Below are positions 1-14,030 of a stretch of DNA of 64,000 nt, in pieces (positions within the stretch are counted from its first letter, which is position 1; every line of letters starts with the position of its first letter). This stretch comes from Octopus sinensis (taxonomy: Eukaryota). Location of the stretch: assembly GCF_006345805.1 (NCBI RefSeq), contig NC_042997.1, positions 109,926,001 to 109,990,000 of the forward strand, read 5' to 3'. The position numbers were made by a program, and so were the translations under genes. The notes under the pieces are model-generated. The model had not been told where the DNA came from, made no database searches, and worked only from the letters and a program-made list of their open reading frames with translations.

Positions 1-228
1 GAGATATTGAGATCTAGGCCATAATTAAGACAATCTCATGTTATGGCCTCACATCGAGTGTTTAAAAGCTTTCAGGGATGGCTTTCTTTTTCTTCCTCTC
101 TACTTAAAAATACACTAGTTAGATGTTTATACTGATTACATGTGTTTGTGTGCGGGTGGAGGGGTATGCGTGCGTTGGTGAGTGGGTGTGTATAATTGTA
201 TTGTGTTATTATTATTATTATTAGCAGC

Positions 229-264
<36 letters not shown>

Positions 265-265
<1 letters not shown>

Positions 266-443
266 AGGCGGTGAGCTGGCAGAATCGTTAGCATACAGGG
301 CAAAATGCTTAGCGGCATTTCGTTCTGCGTTCAGATTCCGCCAAGGTCGACTTTGCCTTTCATCCTTTCGGCGTCGATAAATCAAGTACCAGTGAAACAC
401 TGGCGTCGATGATTTCTGTCCTTATGCCTATGGTAGAAAGGAC

Positions 444-445
<2 letters not shown>
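265..445 (+). mobile_element. tRNA-derived SINE, family A
   Basis: Head aggcggtgagctggcagaatcgttagc, B-box-like gttcagattcc, body gtcgactttgcctttcatcctttcgg..aagtaccag; followed by (ATT)n. Confidence 0.85.
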
Positions 446-506
<61 letters not shown>

Positions 507-642
507 CGCCTGGCTGAACTTCACACCATGATTCTCATCGACATACAGGAGTTATCTCCCTTGGATACTTACATAAACTATAGTTTTTACTAACACCCAA
601 TAATAATAATAACAATAATCCTAATAACTGTGTTTAATTGTA

Positions 643-905
643 GAGGTGCGTGGCTAAGTAGTTAGGGTGTTCGGATCACGAACGTAAGGCCGTGAGTTCG
701 ATTCTCGGTGGGGTGTTGTGTCCTTGAGCAAGGCGCTTTATTTCTCATTGCTCCAGTCCACTCAGCCTTGTCAGATTCCGTGTCAAACTGAATCTCCTTG
801 AAAACTACATTAAGGTGCACTCAACCACTTGCATATTAATTTCACGAGCAGGCTGTTCCGTTGGTGGGTCAGTTGGAACATTCTCCGTCGTCGTAACCGA
901 ATGAG
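643..905 (+). mobile_element. tRNA-derived SINE, family B
   Basis: Head gaggtgcgtggctaagtagttag, gttcgatt B-box, gtgtccttgagcaagg central motif; shared with copies at 3245, 7190, 37960 and 57160. Confidence 0.8.
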
Positions 906-1584
906 ATCCATGGCATTTAGCTCAGGTCTGGTTATTTAAGATATTGAAAACCATCGAAAATAGTCGATGCCGCCTCATCATTATTCCAGAATACACAAAC
1001 TGAAGACAAACTATCTGGTAATGTCCCCGATTCAGGGGCAAAACTTTCTTTCTTCCTCTCACGCACACACAAATTATTTTGACCCATTCTTCATCCAACA
1101 GCAGCGGTTGGAGTTAACTATGTTCTCTATTAAAATTGACATCATTGCTGTTAGAGTAGGACATGGTTGCTTTTTGAAGGTTACGTTCAACGGGGAAGGT
1201 CATCTTCAATGTTGATAGTGAGTTCCTTTGATCTTCTTTCATTATCTCCAGTTAACAGAATGACATTTTCGGTTTCAGTACATGCGAAATCTCAGATTAA
1301 AAAATAGAAAACAGCGATTAAGAATATGTAATGTTAATGTGTTTTCCAAGGATATTCATAGATGAAATTGAGAAGGGTTCCATCTGGTTTGTGGGACGGG
1401 AGGGGGTTGCTCGGCATAAAGTCACAGAGTTGACTCATCTTGGAGAGTTACCTCCCATCCCCCACAACCACCACCCGCTTTTTCACTATTTGCAGAGAGA
1501 AGATAACAGAGATCCCATATATGAGATATATTTGATAATATCAGGAGAGGCTTCTTGTGAGGGGAGGAAGGGGAGGAAAATAGA

Positions 1585-1609
1585 GACAGACAGATAGATA
1601 GATTGATAG

Positions 1610-1673
<64 letters not shown>

Positions 1674-1995
1674 GATGAGAGAGAGAGGTACATAGATAGA
1701 TAGATGATAAGAGATAGATACATAGAGAGAGAGATATACATAGATAGATAGATGATGAGAGAGAGAGGTACATAGATAGATAGATGATAAGAGATAGATA
1801 CATAGAGAGAGAGATATACATAGATAGATAGATGATAAGAGAGAGAGAGATAGATGATGAGAGAGAGGGAGAGAGAGAGAAAGATAGAGAGATAGATGAT
1901 GAGAGATTGATAGATAGATAAATAGATAGATGGATGGATAGATAGATAGATAGACAGATAGATAGATAAAAAGAGGATAGAGAGAGAGAGAGACT
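1585..1995. repeat. Compound (GATA)n/(GA)n microsatellite with an 80-bp higher-order repeat
   Basis: gatgatgagagagagaggtacatag recurs at 1671 and 1751. Confidence 0.9.
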
Positions 1996-2100
1996 GTAAT
2001 CAACAGGAAGTTTATTTTTGAGCACCATTTCGTTGCTATGTACCCTGTAGAGTCAGCCTTTAAGAATATCAACTATTAAGCATTACTTTTATTAATATGC

Positions 2101-2142
<42 letters not shown>

Positions 2143-3244
2143 TGCAGCAGCTGCAACAGGAGGAGGATGACAAACGAATTAAGAATATGACCAGAAACAT
2201 TGGGAAGGTATTCATCTAATTAGCGAAGAGAATTTATATTTCGCTGGAATGTTCTCGTAAATATAAAACAGATCGATATTGTTTTATAGCTGTAGGCATT
2301 CGCTTCGTATCTCCGGTCGTTGTTATTCTTGTTGTCGTTGTTGTTGCACTCTAACGTACACTTACTAGACACACAGACATACAGGGCCGTGCACTGCCGA
2401 AGACATACAGACCTATATTTGCCTGTGAGACGGTGGAAGAGGTGGATGTGTTGTGACCTTTGCTCAAAATGGTGGTATTTCAACAGTTTGTTGATGAACT
2501 GCGGCGCTGGTATTTCACGAGACAAATATTGGAGTCCAGTGAAAGAAGCAACTCAACGCGAGATAAATAATAGACGATTCCTGATGAGCGAAGAGAAAAA
2601 GTAAAACCTGTCCATCGAGGGGAATAATAAATCTAATTGAAGCGATTGGTCTGTTATTAACTCTGATGAAGTTGTTCAACTTAAAAGAGAATTGATAACA
2701 ATATATCTTATTTATTTTCCTCTAAGGAACTAGATTAATTTTCGGAAATTAATTCATAATGTATTGAAATTATCTCCCCTTTGTTTTGAGTTTCTTTTTA
2801 ACATTTACTGCTTGGTTCTTGTTTATTTTCTCTAATTAACCTCATTCACTTCATCAACGCTAATTAATATCTAAATTCAAGTCATTCGCCCACTTAAATT
2901 ATGTCCCTTAATCTCTTTTATGCATATAACGTCATTTGTTGGTGTAGATTGGAAATTAGGGACCTTGCCGGATTAAATGTGAGGTGTATTATCTTACATT
3001 CCTTTGTGGTTTACTGTAAATAACACATTGTTTCACTTTGACTTCTAAACAAACTCTGTGTAGTTGATCGATCAGCTACAAACAGCGGCAAGTCGAATAA
3101 CGGCACAAAGATGTTCAAAGATGTTCTTTTGATACGCTTATGTGCCATGTCCCTCACCTTTATAACATAAATTGTCTCAAATAGCAGCGGCGCTACTGAT
3201 TGAGTGCAATCAGTTACAGAATAATGTTATATATTGGTCAGTGT

Positions 3245-3625
3245 GGAGGTGCAATGGCCCAGTGGTTAGAGCAGCATATTCGCGGTCGTAGCATCGCGGT
3301 TTCGATTCCCAGACTAGGCGTTGTGAGTGTTTATTGAGCGAAAACACCTAAAGGTCCACGATGCTCCGGCAGTGGGTAGTGGCAAACCCTGTTGTACTCT
3401 TTCACCACAACTTTCTCTCACTCTTTCTTCCTGTGTGTGTGGTACCTATATTTCGAAGGGGGACAGCCTTGTCACGCTCTTTGTCACGCTGAATCTCCCC
3501 GAGAATTACATTAAGGGTACACGTGTCTGTGGAGTGCTCAGTCCATTGCACGTTAATTTCACAAGCTGGCTGTTCCGTTTGATCGGATCAACTGGAACCC
3601 TCGACGGAGTGCCACGATTGATTGG
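3245..3625 (+). mobile_element. SINE family B, near full length
   Basis: tggaggtgcaatggcccagtggttagagcag...gtttcgattccc head; colinear with the reverse-strand copy at 37960-38320. Confidence 0.85.
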
Positions 3626-3824
3626 TTTGTTCTAAGTTTGAATATAACTTCCGTTTCTACACATTTGATTAATGCTAGTGTTAGTAATAATAATTAATCT
3701 AATAATACTCTCTCGATCCGAGAAAGAAACCTCTGTAATGAACGAGCTGCACCAATCATTTGTTTATAGCGATCAAATGTTCATGCTGTACATTATCTCG
3801 GTCTTAGCGACGTTTCCTAAACGG

Positions 3825-3960
3825 GTTCACGGTGTACCACACGTCAGGTGCTGAAGTGATCGTAGAGAAACGTGAAATAAAGATGTTTTGCTCAAGAACT
3901 GAACCCGCAATCTCCTGACCGTCAGTGCAACACGCTAACCACTAGGCCACTTGCCTTCCA
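3825..3960 (-). mobile_element. Degenerate SINE family B fragment
   Basis: gttttgctcaagaac and ctaaccactaggccac match the reverse complement of the family B head and central motif. Confidence 0.6.
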
Positions 3961-4289
3961 GTAATACACGAAAGGTTTAACTAAACAAATAGTTCCGATT
4001 CAAAGACTAATCTCATGTCGAACGCTTTTACAGCATGCAATGTTACCCAAGTGGAATTTATTTAAGGCAATCACCATTCTTTGGATTACGTTACTTAATC
4101 AGAGTCTTCATAGAACAGATGTGGACTTAATCTTCCATACTTAAACAATCTGGAATAAAAACAAATTAAAATACCTGTAATATATTACGACCAATTACAT
4201 TGCCCTGCTTTTCGCTTCATTTGTGTATTGTAATATAGTACCATTTCCATATATTTATCGGTCTCTTATTTTTGTATTTTTTTCTCCAG

Positions 4290-4544
4290 GTTTATCTTTA
4301 CATGAATTGCTTACCTGAAGACAAAGTACCTTACATCAATAGCTTAGGGGAAAAATACCGCATCCGGCAGCTTCTTCAGCAGTTACCTCCCCACGATAAC
4401 CAGATACGTTACTGTAATAGTTTAACAGAAGAAGAGAAAAGAGAATTACATGTGTTTAGTTCGCGACGGAAACGAGAAGCGCTGGGGCGCGGAAGTGTTC
4501 GTCAACTACCTGTAGCACTCGACCAAAATATTACCTGTCCAAAT
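4290..4544 (+). CDS. prickle: Prickle-like protein, internal exon (C-terminal half of PET domain and first CxxC of LIM1)
   Basis: [37 protein letters not shown]...RKREALGRG matches the PET domain of Prickle/Testin. Polypyrimidine tract + CAG acceptor ends at 4289, GTGAGT donor starts at 4545; 255 nt, phase 0/0. Confidence 0.95.
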
Positions 4545-5769
4545 GTGAGTATATTGATACATCTTTATTATATATTTATACAATTTTTATATTGATATAT
4601 TTTTTATACCTATATATATTTATATGTACTTTTTTTACTGCCAATACTAATCGTTTATTTATATACAATTAAAACGTCAAAACGGAAACTCGATGAGAAA
4701 AAGACGGCAGAGAAAGTTGATGGCTGTAAGTTCCCTTAGGCAAGATATCCCATTAAAGTGCTGTTTCTATACCTTGTTGTCAGCTTGGCTAAGAATAGAC
4801 AACTTTCTGTATTTGACTTGAAGCTTCAAGAATAGTCCCAGATGTGAAATTCAGTTGTTTAAGATGAGAATGTTCAGCCGAGGAATTACGTCATCTCCAA
4901 GAAGGAGAAAAGCACCAAATGATTCATTTTTATTTTTATTTTCTCGAAAATTTCTTTCGTGGTTCACCTTAGAGTTAAGTCCTAAAAATAAAAGGAAATC
5001 ACATTATCATTTTTTTTTTCCACTAAGAAAATACGGGTGGTTCCATTTATTTGTAGGACAGATGAAATACGTGGACTCAACGTGATTGCTAAATGTTTAT
5101 ACAAGATTTACTTTGTACAATGATTCAGTTATGATAATTCTGTGCGGTGTATATTTGTAATTGTTTGTTATTTCGATATGATTCACTCCTTTTCAAAGAG
5201 ACGCCCGTGAAAAAACATGGAGGCCATATCTAGAGGTGTGCAGTCATTGTATTTTGACTCGTCATGTCCATAAAGAAATGATGAAAGTGTTAGATGAGAC
5301 CGTTAAGTGGACGCTCCTTTCTTGGCCCCTTCGCCTAACTGATTCAGAGAGAGAGAATATTAAGGTTTTCTGTGGAGTGACTTATTGTTTTACATCACAA
5401 AAGAAATTCTTTGATCCGTTTCTAAACACATTAAAAGAATCATAAATAAAGACACTGGAGAAAAACTGGAGCAGTGATGAGGAAACTGTGACTTAGGTGT
5501 CAGCAGTGACTCGCCACCGATGTTTAGGCGTCACGTGATTAACTTTGAATTAAAGCCTTCCTGTTGTATTGTGTTCTAAAATGTTCGGTTATAATCATTT
5601 ACCGGGAATAAAACTACGTGCACGTGGCATTCATGTAAATTAAGTCAATTAATCTTTGGCTTAAAAACATTGACCATGACTTATATGGAACAAATAAACT
5701 GAATTCGTATTTAAGTAGACTAAACAGAAAGATCAGTTTTCCTTTCACTTTATATATATAGTTCAATGT

Positions 5770-6295
5770 AAGGTGGCAGCAAGCTGACTGAATGGTTAGC
5801 ACGCCGGGAAAATGCTTAGCGGTATTTCATCTGCCTTTCATCCTTTCGGGGTCGATAAATTAAGTACCAGTTACGCACTGGGGTCGATGTAATCAACTTA
5901 ATACCTATGTCTGTCCTTGTTTGTCCCCTCTGTGTTTAGAAGAAATAGGTATTTCATCTGCCGCTACGTTCTGAGTTCAAATTCTGCCGAGAACGAATTT
6001 GCCTTTCATCCTTTCGGGATCGATTAAATAAATACCAGTTACGCACTGGGGTCGATATAATCGACTTAATCCATTTGTTTGTCCTTGTTTGCCCCTTCTG
6101 TGTTTAGCCCCTTGTGGGTAGTAAAGAAATAGGTATTTCGTCTCTCTTTACGTTCGGAGTTCAAATACCATTGAGATCGTCTTTGCCTTTCAAACTTTCG
6201 GGGGTCGATGAAATAAGTACCAGTTGAGTACCGGGGTTGATGGAATCAATTTACCCCTCCCCCTAAGTTGCTGGCTCTGTGCCAAAACTTGAAAC
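5770..6295 (+). mobile_element. SINE family A head-to-tail trimer
   Basis: One head followed by three bodies; the junction gaaataggtatttc occurs at 5942 and 6126. Confidence 0.85.
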
Positions 6296-6709
6296 TAGTG
6301 TACTGTCTCTTTCGACTAGAGTCCCGTTGTATTGTCCACCAGTTCATTACTATTCAAAGAGATGTCTCAATATCTGTTATTGCCCTTTCAGTCCAATCTT
6401 TATATAAAATGTCATATCAATTCTATCACTAATTAAACAAGTAATTAACACGTTGCAAGCCATCTGAATTAATTGCCTGTTTGTCTGAAAGTATTTCAAG
6501 CTTCTTTCATGTCACGTCCAAGATACCAAAACTTTAACAGCGGGAGGTCGAACTCCTGGGATACTGTATATGATTGAGTGTATGTTGGACATGGGGTGAG
6601 GGATGAACCAAGCCACCAGCTCCCATTGCAAGGAGGGGAGCCACTAGGTAGTTACTAGATCTGCTAGAATTAGCAACCATGTTCCTTGTAAATCACACAC
6701 CATAATATT

Positions 6710-6922
6710 CTTTTCTACTCTAGGCACAAGGCCCGAAATTTTGGGGAAGGGGCCCAGTCGATTATATCGACCCCAGTACGCAAATGGTACTTAATTTATC
6801 GACCCCGAAGGGATGAAAGGCAAAGTCGACCTCAGCGGAATTTGAACTCAGAACGTAACGGCAGACGAAATACCGCTAAGCATTTCGCCCGACGTGCTAA
6901 CGTTTCTGCCAGCTCGCCGCCT
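6710..6922 (-). mobile_element. SINE family A with 17-bp target-site duplication
   Basis: Full-length copy; tcacacaccataatatt is duplicated at 6693-6709 and 6923-6939. Confidence 0.92.
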
Positions 6923-7189
6923 TCACACACCATAATATTAAAACAAGAAAACGTAGTGTTAAGTATGCAGTCAGTTGGGAAAGTCACGGCTAGATTGACT
7001 TTGGTCGTAGGTCTGATCAAGGATTAAACAACAACAATATCATTAAACAATCAAAGGTGTCGTAGTGTAGAAGTTTTTAACCACCTCTGTTGAAATATTT
7101 TAAGAAATAAACAATAAAACCATGGTCTGAGAAAGAACTCTATGTATATATTTGTCTATATAATAAAAAATAAATAAATGCACCCTTGT

Positions 7190-7411
7190 AAAGCCTAAGC
7201 CAGGCTCATGGCCCCGGTTTCCCGGTTTCAATGGCGTATGTGTTTCCCAGTCCATCGCAGCGTTACTCATTTTTGCCAGCTGAGTGGACTAGAGCAACAT
7301 GAAATAAAGTGTTTTGCTCAAGAACACAACGCGTCGCCCGGTCCAGGAATCGAAACCACAATCTTACGATCATGATTCTGAAGCCCTAACCACTAAGCCA
7401 CGCGCCTCCAC
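7190..7411 (-). mobile_element. SINE family B
   Basis: ccctaaccactaagccacgcgcctcca is the reverse complement of the head; ggaatcgaaacc B-box. Confidence 0.8.
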
Positions 7412-8559
7412 TATTCGTATATATAGCGTTAAAGATTTATCTTCGAGACAAGGTGATGGTAGTCGCTCCCACACCCCCACACACACACATACACACACAT
7501 ACATGTTAATGGAATCAAGTGAAGATTCAATCCATTGCTAATCCATGAATATATAGGACACGTAGGGTTGTTCGAACAGTGTGTGGGCAGAGCAATGTGT
7601 CCCTAAAACACTAGCGAGGCAGATCGTGATTGGTTTTAAGTAAGTCAAACGAACCTATATGTGGTCCGGCAGAAAGAATATTATTGCTGACTGGAATGTT
7701 GAGAAGTAAGGGAAAATAAAACGGTGCAGATGTGGTGAATCAGTTGATTGTGGATTTGAATTGCTGGACCACGGACTTGGGTGCATATAAAAGTTGTTCA
7801 AAATAAATAATCTTCCGTGTCTATAATCGACAATATGTCTAAATGATGTTGCTGTCTGTTTTAATACCTGGAACTTTCGAGTTAGACTCCGTATTTAATT
7901 TCAGAATCTATTGAAGTATAGAATGGTTCTGTCGTTGATGTTCCATGCTAGTGGTGAAGGCCTTAATGAATATAGAGTTTCTTCTCTCATTTGACATCAA
8001 TGAATGTAGATGTTGGTCATAACTGCCATTAAATGTGTTCCCAGTGAGACACAAGTGCCTCAATGCAGCGAAACGGCAATGACAAAGTCATTAGATCGTC
8101 GAATAGAATGCCGCGAAATATTTTTTTCCCACATCCGGCAGACGAAAGTTCAAGTCTGCCGATGTCATCTATACCTTTCACTTCTTTTAGAGCCTAAAAA
8201 CAAAAATGAGGTTTTTGCATAGGGTCTTCAAATCCTTAGCAATATAACTGTGACTGTATTACCAAACATATGTTGTATGTAAATATAGATTGCGCGTGAA
8301 TGCAAGACTGTCTAAGTACGTATATTGGTGAATAAAGTATGTTACCAATGCAATGTATTGTCTGCATCATTGTTCTATTGTATGCACAAAACGTGTACCT
8401 GCTGCTGCTGCTGCTGCTACTACTACTACTACTATAATTCTATTATTGTTGTTGTTGTTGTTGTTAGATCGTGTAATTGATTTTAGGTGCAGGAGCAATA
8501 AACTTCGTGATGTCCTTATAACAATACGTATACACACAGACACACATACAAATATTAAA

Positions 8560-10295
<1,736 letters not shown>

Positions 10296-10794
10296 CGTAT
10301 ATATATGGTAGTTACTGTTGTAATAATTTCCAAATGCGATCCTAGGCACTTGCAGTATGCAAACAGTCGTTAAAATGATCTTTCAATAATTCTTTGAGTA
10401 AACATGTATCGCTTGCCGTCTGTCGGACCACTTGACGTTCAGTCAGCGCCAATTGTTGGCCGACCAACCGACCGGACTCTGTGCAATAGCGATAAAAAGA
10501 ACAACGTGTGGGTGTGTGTGTGTGTGGAGTAAGGCTTTATTATGTGAAGGAGCAAAATCGATGAGTATATGTGTTTCGTCATCGTATAGCAGTTATTTAG
10601 TTTATCGACAGTGGAATCTGTGATGATGTTAGACAAACACCAACTCTACGGGAGGATAATGTTAAGATATAATTTATTCTAGCTGGAATTGAACTCGGTA
10701 CGTGAACGGACGAAATTAAATAACCCAGAACAATGCTTCTGGATCTATAAGTATAAGAAAAGGTTATATATATACATACATACACATTTTATTG

Positions 10795-10968
10795 AAGCTG
10801 CAAAGACATTACAAAACTGTTGCTCAGAGTTTCAAGCTTCCTTTCATCGGATAGTTTTGGTTTAGAATGGCACAAAATATGGTTATTTTGTTCCATTCCA
10901 AACGAAAAGTGTCCGACGAACGGGAACGTGAAACTCTGAGTAACAGTCTTGTGATGTCTTTGCAGCTT
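10795..10968. mobile_element. Fold-back element: inverted pair of Penelope-type LTR-like segments, each with a hammerhead-like motif
   Basis: Outer arms 10795-10834 and 10929-10968 match 37/40 as inverted repeats, and pairing continues inward to a ~22-nt centre. Confidence 0.75.
10910..10945 (+). ncRNA. Hammerhead ribozyme candidate, variant core CCGACGA
   Basis: UGU-CCGACGA-ACG(GGAA)CGU-GAA-ACU(CUG)AGU-A-ACA: all three stems pair, GUA cleavage triplet; only U4 differs (C). Confidence 0.6.
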
Positions 10969-11049
10969 TATTAATAAAGCATATTACTCTACCTCCGGTA
11001 TTCGAGTACTATTCTTTCTACCTTGTTTCACATTTATGTGCATACACTG

Positions 11050-11105
<56 letters not shown>

Positions 11106-11339
11106 TTTATTTTGGGGTTAACAATGCTATCGGTGGTTTCATGTGGAATGCAATCTCTTAGCAGTTATCAACCTACCACATGGGAACGATGGTACTCCAT
11201 TTTGTATTTATTCATCTGCCAATGCGGAGTGCACATTCTCACTGTTCGTTTTTAGCGCGTGTGTATATGTGTGTGTGTAGGACATTCTGCCCGACGGCTT
11301 ATTAACGCTGACAATCCATAGTTTTGATTGTGTGTATGT

Positions 11340-11425
<86 letters not shown>

Positions 11426-11964
11426 GTTTATGAGTATACACACACATTATGGGAGAGAGAGACACATCAAATATTTACAGCCGAAATAAACTTCGACCAG
11501 GATTAAACCCTTACAGATCTCTACTCTCTCATCACTTTGATTGCTTCTTCCCAAGACATCCACACCCTACCCCTCACTTCATGGGCCCTAATTTGTAAGT
11601 AACCCAGCCGAACTTCATTGCTGCATTCCATGACAGATTATGAATTTATGATTCAAATTCTGACATTTTCAGGATATATTTTCATGAATATCAACCACAC
11701 AAGACAGTAAATTTCTAACGCAAGTCTCTCATTGTTAGCTTTCCTACGTAAGCTTTTCTGTTTGATTAAATCTTCATTTGTTTTCCTTTTATTTTCCTGT
11801 TATTTTCCATTGACAGTTTCAGTAACTGGCACAACTGGTGTATTTCTACTTATTAACTTACATTTGGCATTATATTCAGTTTTCAATTTTAATCAAACGC
11901 TTCTGTTTTTTCTAATTTCTACTTTGTTCTGTCATCATCTATTTTATCTTCCATGGCTTCTTAA

Positions 11965-12162
11965 CCCATTAAGTCCCACTGTCCTATAAATAGGACACTA
12001 AATGAGAGCATTAAATAAGCTATATCACATTGTCTGAGTGTCCTATTTATAGGACACAAAGTATTTCCATTTCTACTTGAAGTAAAGGAGTTTTAACCTA
12101 TTTTCAATCATCTGTCAAAATTTAAAATATTCAGAAATTTAAATATTCTGGGACTTAATGGG
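11965..12162. mobile_element. piggyBac-type MITE
   Basis: TTAA on both sides (11961-11964, 12163-12166); perfect 14-bp TIR cccattaagtccca / tgggacttaatggg. TTAA-CCC...GGG-TTAA is the piggyBac signature. Confidence 0.88.
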
Positions 12163-12234
12163 TTAAATAGTTTTATGAGCGTGTTACTCATTAAATATTT
12201 TTTACTCGGCGATGTTATTGTTGTCGTCTCTGCG

Positions 12235-12435
12235 ATGGTGGCGAGCTGGGTGAGTTGTCAGAGTATCGGAGAAATACTCAGCTGTATTTTACGTTGAGTT
12301 CAAATCCCACCGACGTCAACTTTGCATTTTATTCGTTCGTGGTTGATAAAGTAATGTAACAATCTAATACTGAGATCGATGTAATCGACTTGCCCCTCTC
12401 CTCAAAATTGCTGACCTTGTGCAAAAGATTGAAAC
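12235..12435 (+). mobile_element. Old, diverged SINE family A
   Basis: ggtggcgagctgg head, gttcaaatccc, gatcgatgtaatcgact. Confidence 0.7.
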
Positions 12436-13177
12436 CATCGTCATCATCATTATCATAACCATTATTAATACCATAGATTAACACAGATTATTGCCAGCGT
12501 ATCGATAATTAGTTAACTGTATTTGTTCCGTTCTGAGTTTAATTTCGCCGAGATCACCTTTGTTTTTCTTTATCCCACGGTCGATCAAACCAAGGTACCA
12601 CTAAAACACGGAGTCTGACAAAAGCGAATAACCTCGTCCCCCAAATCTGATGTCTTCTGCTTTACAGAATTATAACCAAGTTGATTCCTATTATTTATCT
12701 GTTCGATGCTAATGACTGACTTTCTAAACGAGCACATTTCTGGATCTTCTGTGTTGGGAATTTTCAATAAGTCTATCATTAATTTAGTTTCCAGTTCCGT
12801 GATTAGCTCTGCAGAGAATTCTAGTAGCAATCAGTCATAAATGGTTAAAATGGGAAACATGTCCTCTTATTTGCTTTGATTCCTTCAATTTCTTCTAATG
12901 TAGTTGAAGCAGTAAAAGAAGTTACGTGTTTAGTTTGCAGCTACGTGAGGCGAAGACGAGTCACATCACAGTTTTGTATATATTAAGGTATATATTAAGA
13001 CCGACGATCTTGCCTCTTCCAAATAATTTACTCGCAGCTATTTCATATCCTTACTTAATTAGATGGCTGTGTTTATTGGCCAATGATGAAGGCCGTACCT
13101 GGTAACTTAACCTGGTAGAAATGGCATAAAAATCTCTCAAATCGTACTTTACAATCTTTGGCAAAGAACAGTATATG

Positions 13178-13409
13178 TATTTCTTTACTACCCACAAGGG
13201 GCTAAACACAGAGGGGACAGACAAGGACAGATAAACGGATTGAGTCGATTACATCGACCCCAGTGCGTAACTGGTACTTCATTTATCGACGCCGAAGAAT
13301 GAAAGGCAAAGTCGACCTCGGCGGAATTTGAACTCAGAACGTAACGGCAGACGAAATACGGCTACGCATTTCGCCCGGCATGCTAACGTTTCTGCCAGCT
13401 CGCCGCCTT
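13178..13409 (-). mobile_element. Young SINE family A (tail ...cccttgtgggtagtaaagaaata)
   Basis: Full-length copy flanked by a short tatatg(t) direct repeat. Confidence 0.9.
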
Positions 13410-13697
13410 TATATGTCTTAGACATACTTCTAAAACGAGAGGATGGCCATGGCTGAAGTTCCTATGATCATAGAGTCCTTTAATCTTCGTTGACCTAGGG
13501 CTAAATAACATTTAATCAGGCTAACACTCGACGCATTTTGACGTTATTTAATTATTAAATATTCTTGGAGAAATGTTCCATTGACCCCCAGCAAAGTGAA
13601 GAATTAATTGATTTAAGAACAAGAACTTGTCTCAGAAATTCTGTTTTGGTTCACAATTGATTCTTTAAAGTTTTATTTTTTGTTCTTCTTTTTTCAG

Positions 13698-13901
13698 TGT
13701 CGCAAATTGATTGCAGCCAGTGATATGGCGGTGTTTGCATCGAGGGCCGGTCCAGACGTTTGCTGGCATCCTAGTTGCTTTCTGTGCTCAGTCTGTGATG
13801 AGCTTCTAGTTGACCTGATCTACTTTTATCAAGACAGCCAATTATATTGCGGTCGGCACCACGCGGAGCAATTGAAGCCCAGATGTGCCGCATGTGATGA
13901 G
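13698..13901 (+). CDS. prickle: Prickle-like protein, LIM1 exon
   Basis: [75 protein letters not shown] acceptor ends 13697, GTTAGT donor at 13902; 204 nt, phase 0/0, in frame with both neighbouring exons. Confidence 0.96.
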
Positions 13902-14030
13902 GTTAGTACCACCATACAATTATAATTAGCCATTTCTCATTTTGTTTCTTTCTATTATTATTATTGTTGTTGGTTGTGGCGGTGGTGGTGGTGGGGTGTA
14001 CGGGTGACGAGCTGGCACAATCGTTACTAT

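Noticed and set aside
1422-2072. 216-aa and 180-aa ORFs
   Set aside because: Translations of (TATC)n/(TC)n microsatellite; the same applies to the YI, HT, CV and MYVC ORFs throughout the window.
2320-2604. WMCCDLCSKWW, resembling a PHD-finger fragment
   Set aside because: Remaining zinc ligands are missing and there is no splice context; could be chance or an unrecognisable transposon relic.
2650-2700. CTGATGA followed by hairpin agttg-tt-caact
   Set aside because: GAAA is replaced by TAAA and there is no stem III or NUH; at best a heavily decayed hammerhead.
3245-3320. tRNA-like sequences at SINE heads
   Set aside because: They have A and B boxes but no complete cloverleaf, and they continue into shared SINE bodies.
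1-4289. Upstream prickle exons (N-terminal PET, EEYxWVPPG-type motif)
   Set aside because: No such motif found in the ORF track or by eye; these exons must lie 5' of the window or were missed.
5770-6295. Regularly spaced repeats resembling a CRISPR array (also at 52 kb)
   Set aside because: Units are whole SINE bodies with no unique spacers; eukaryotic context with no cas genes.
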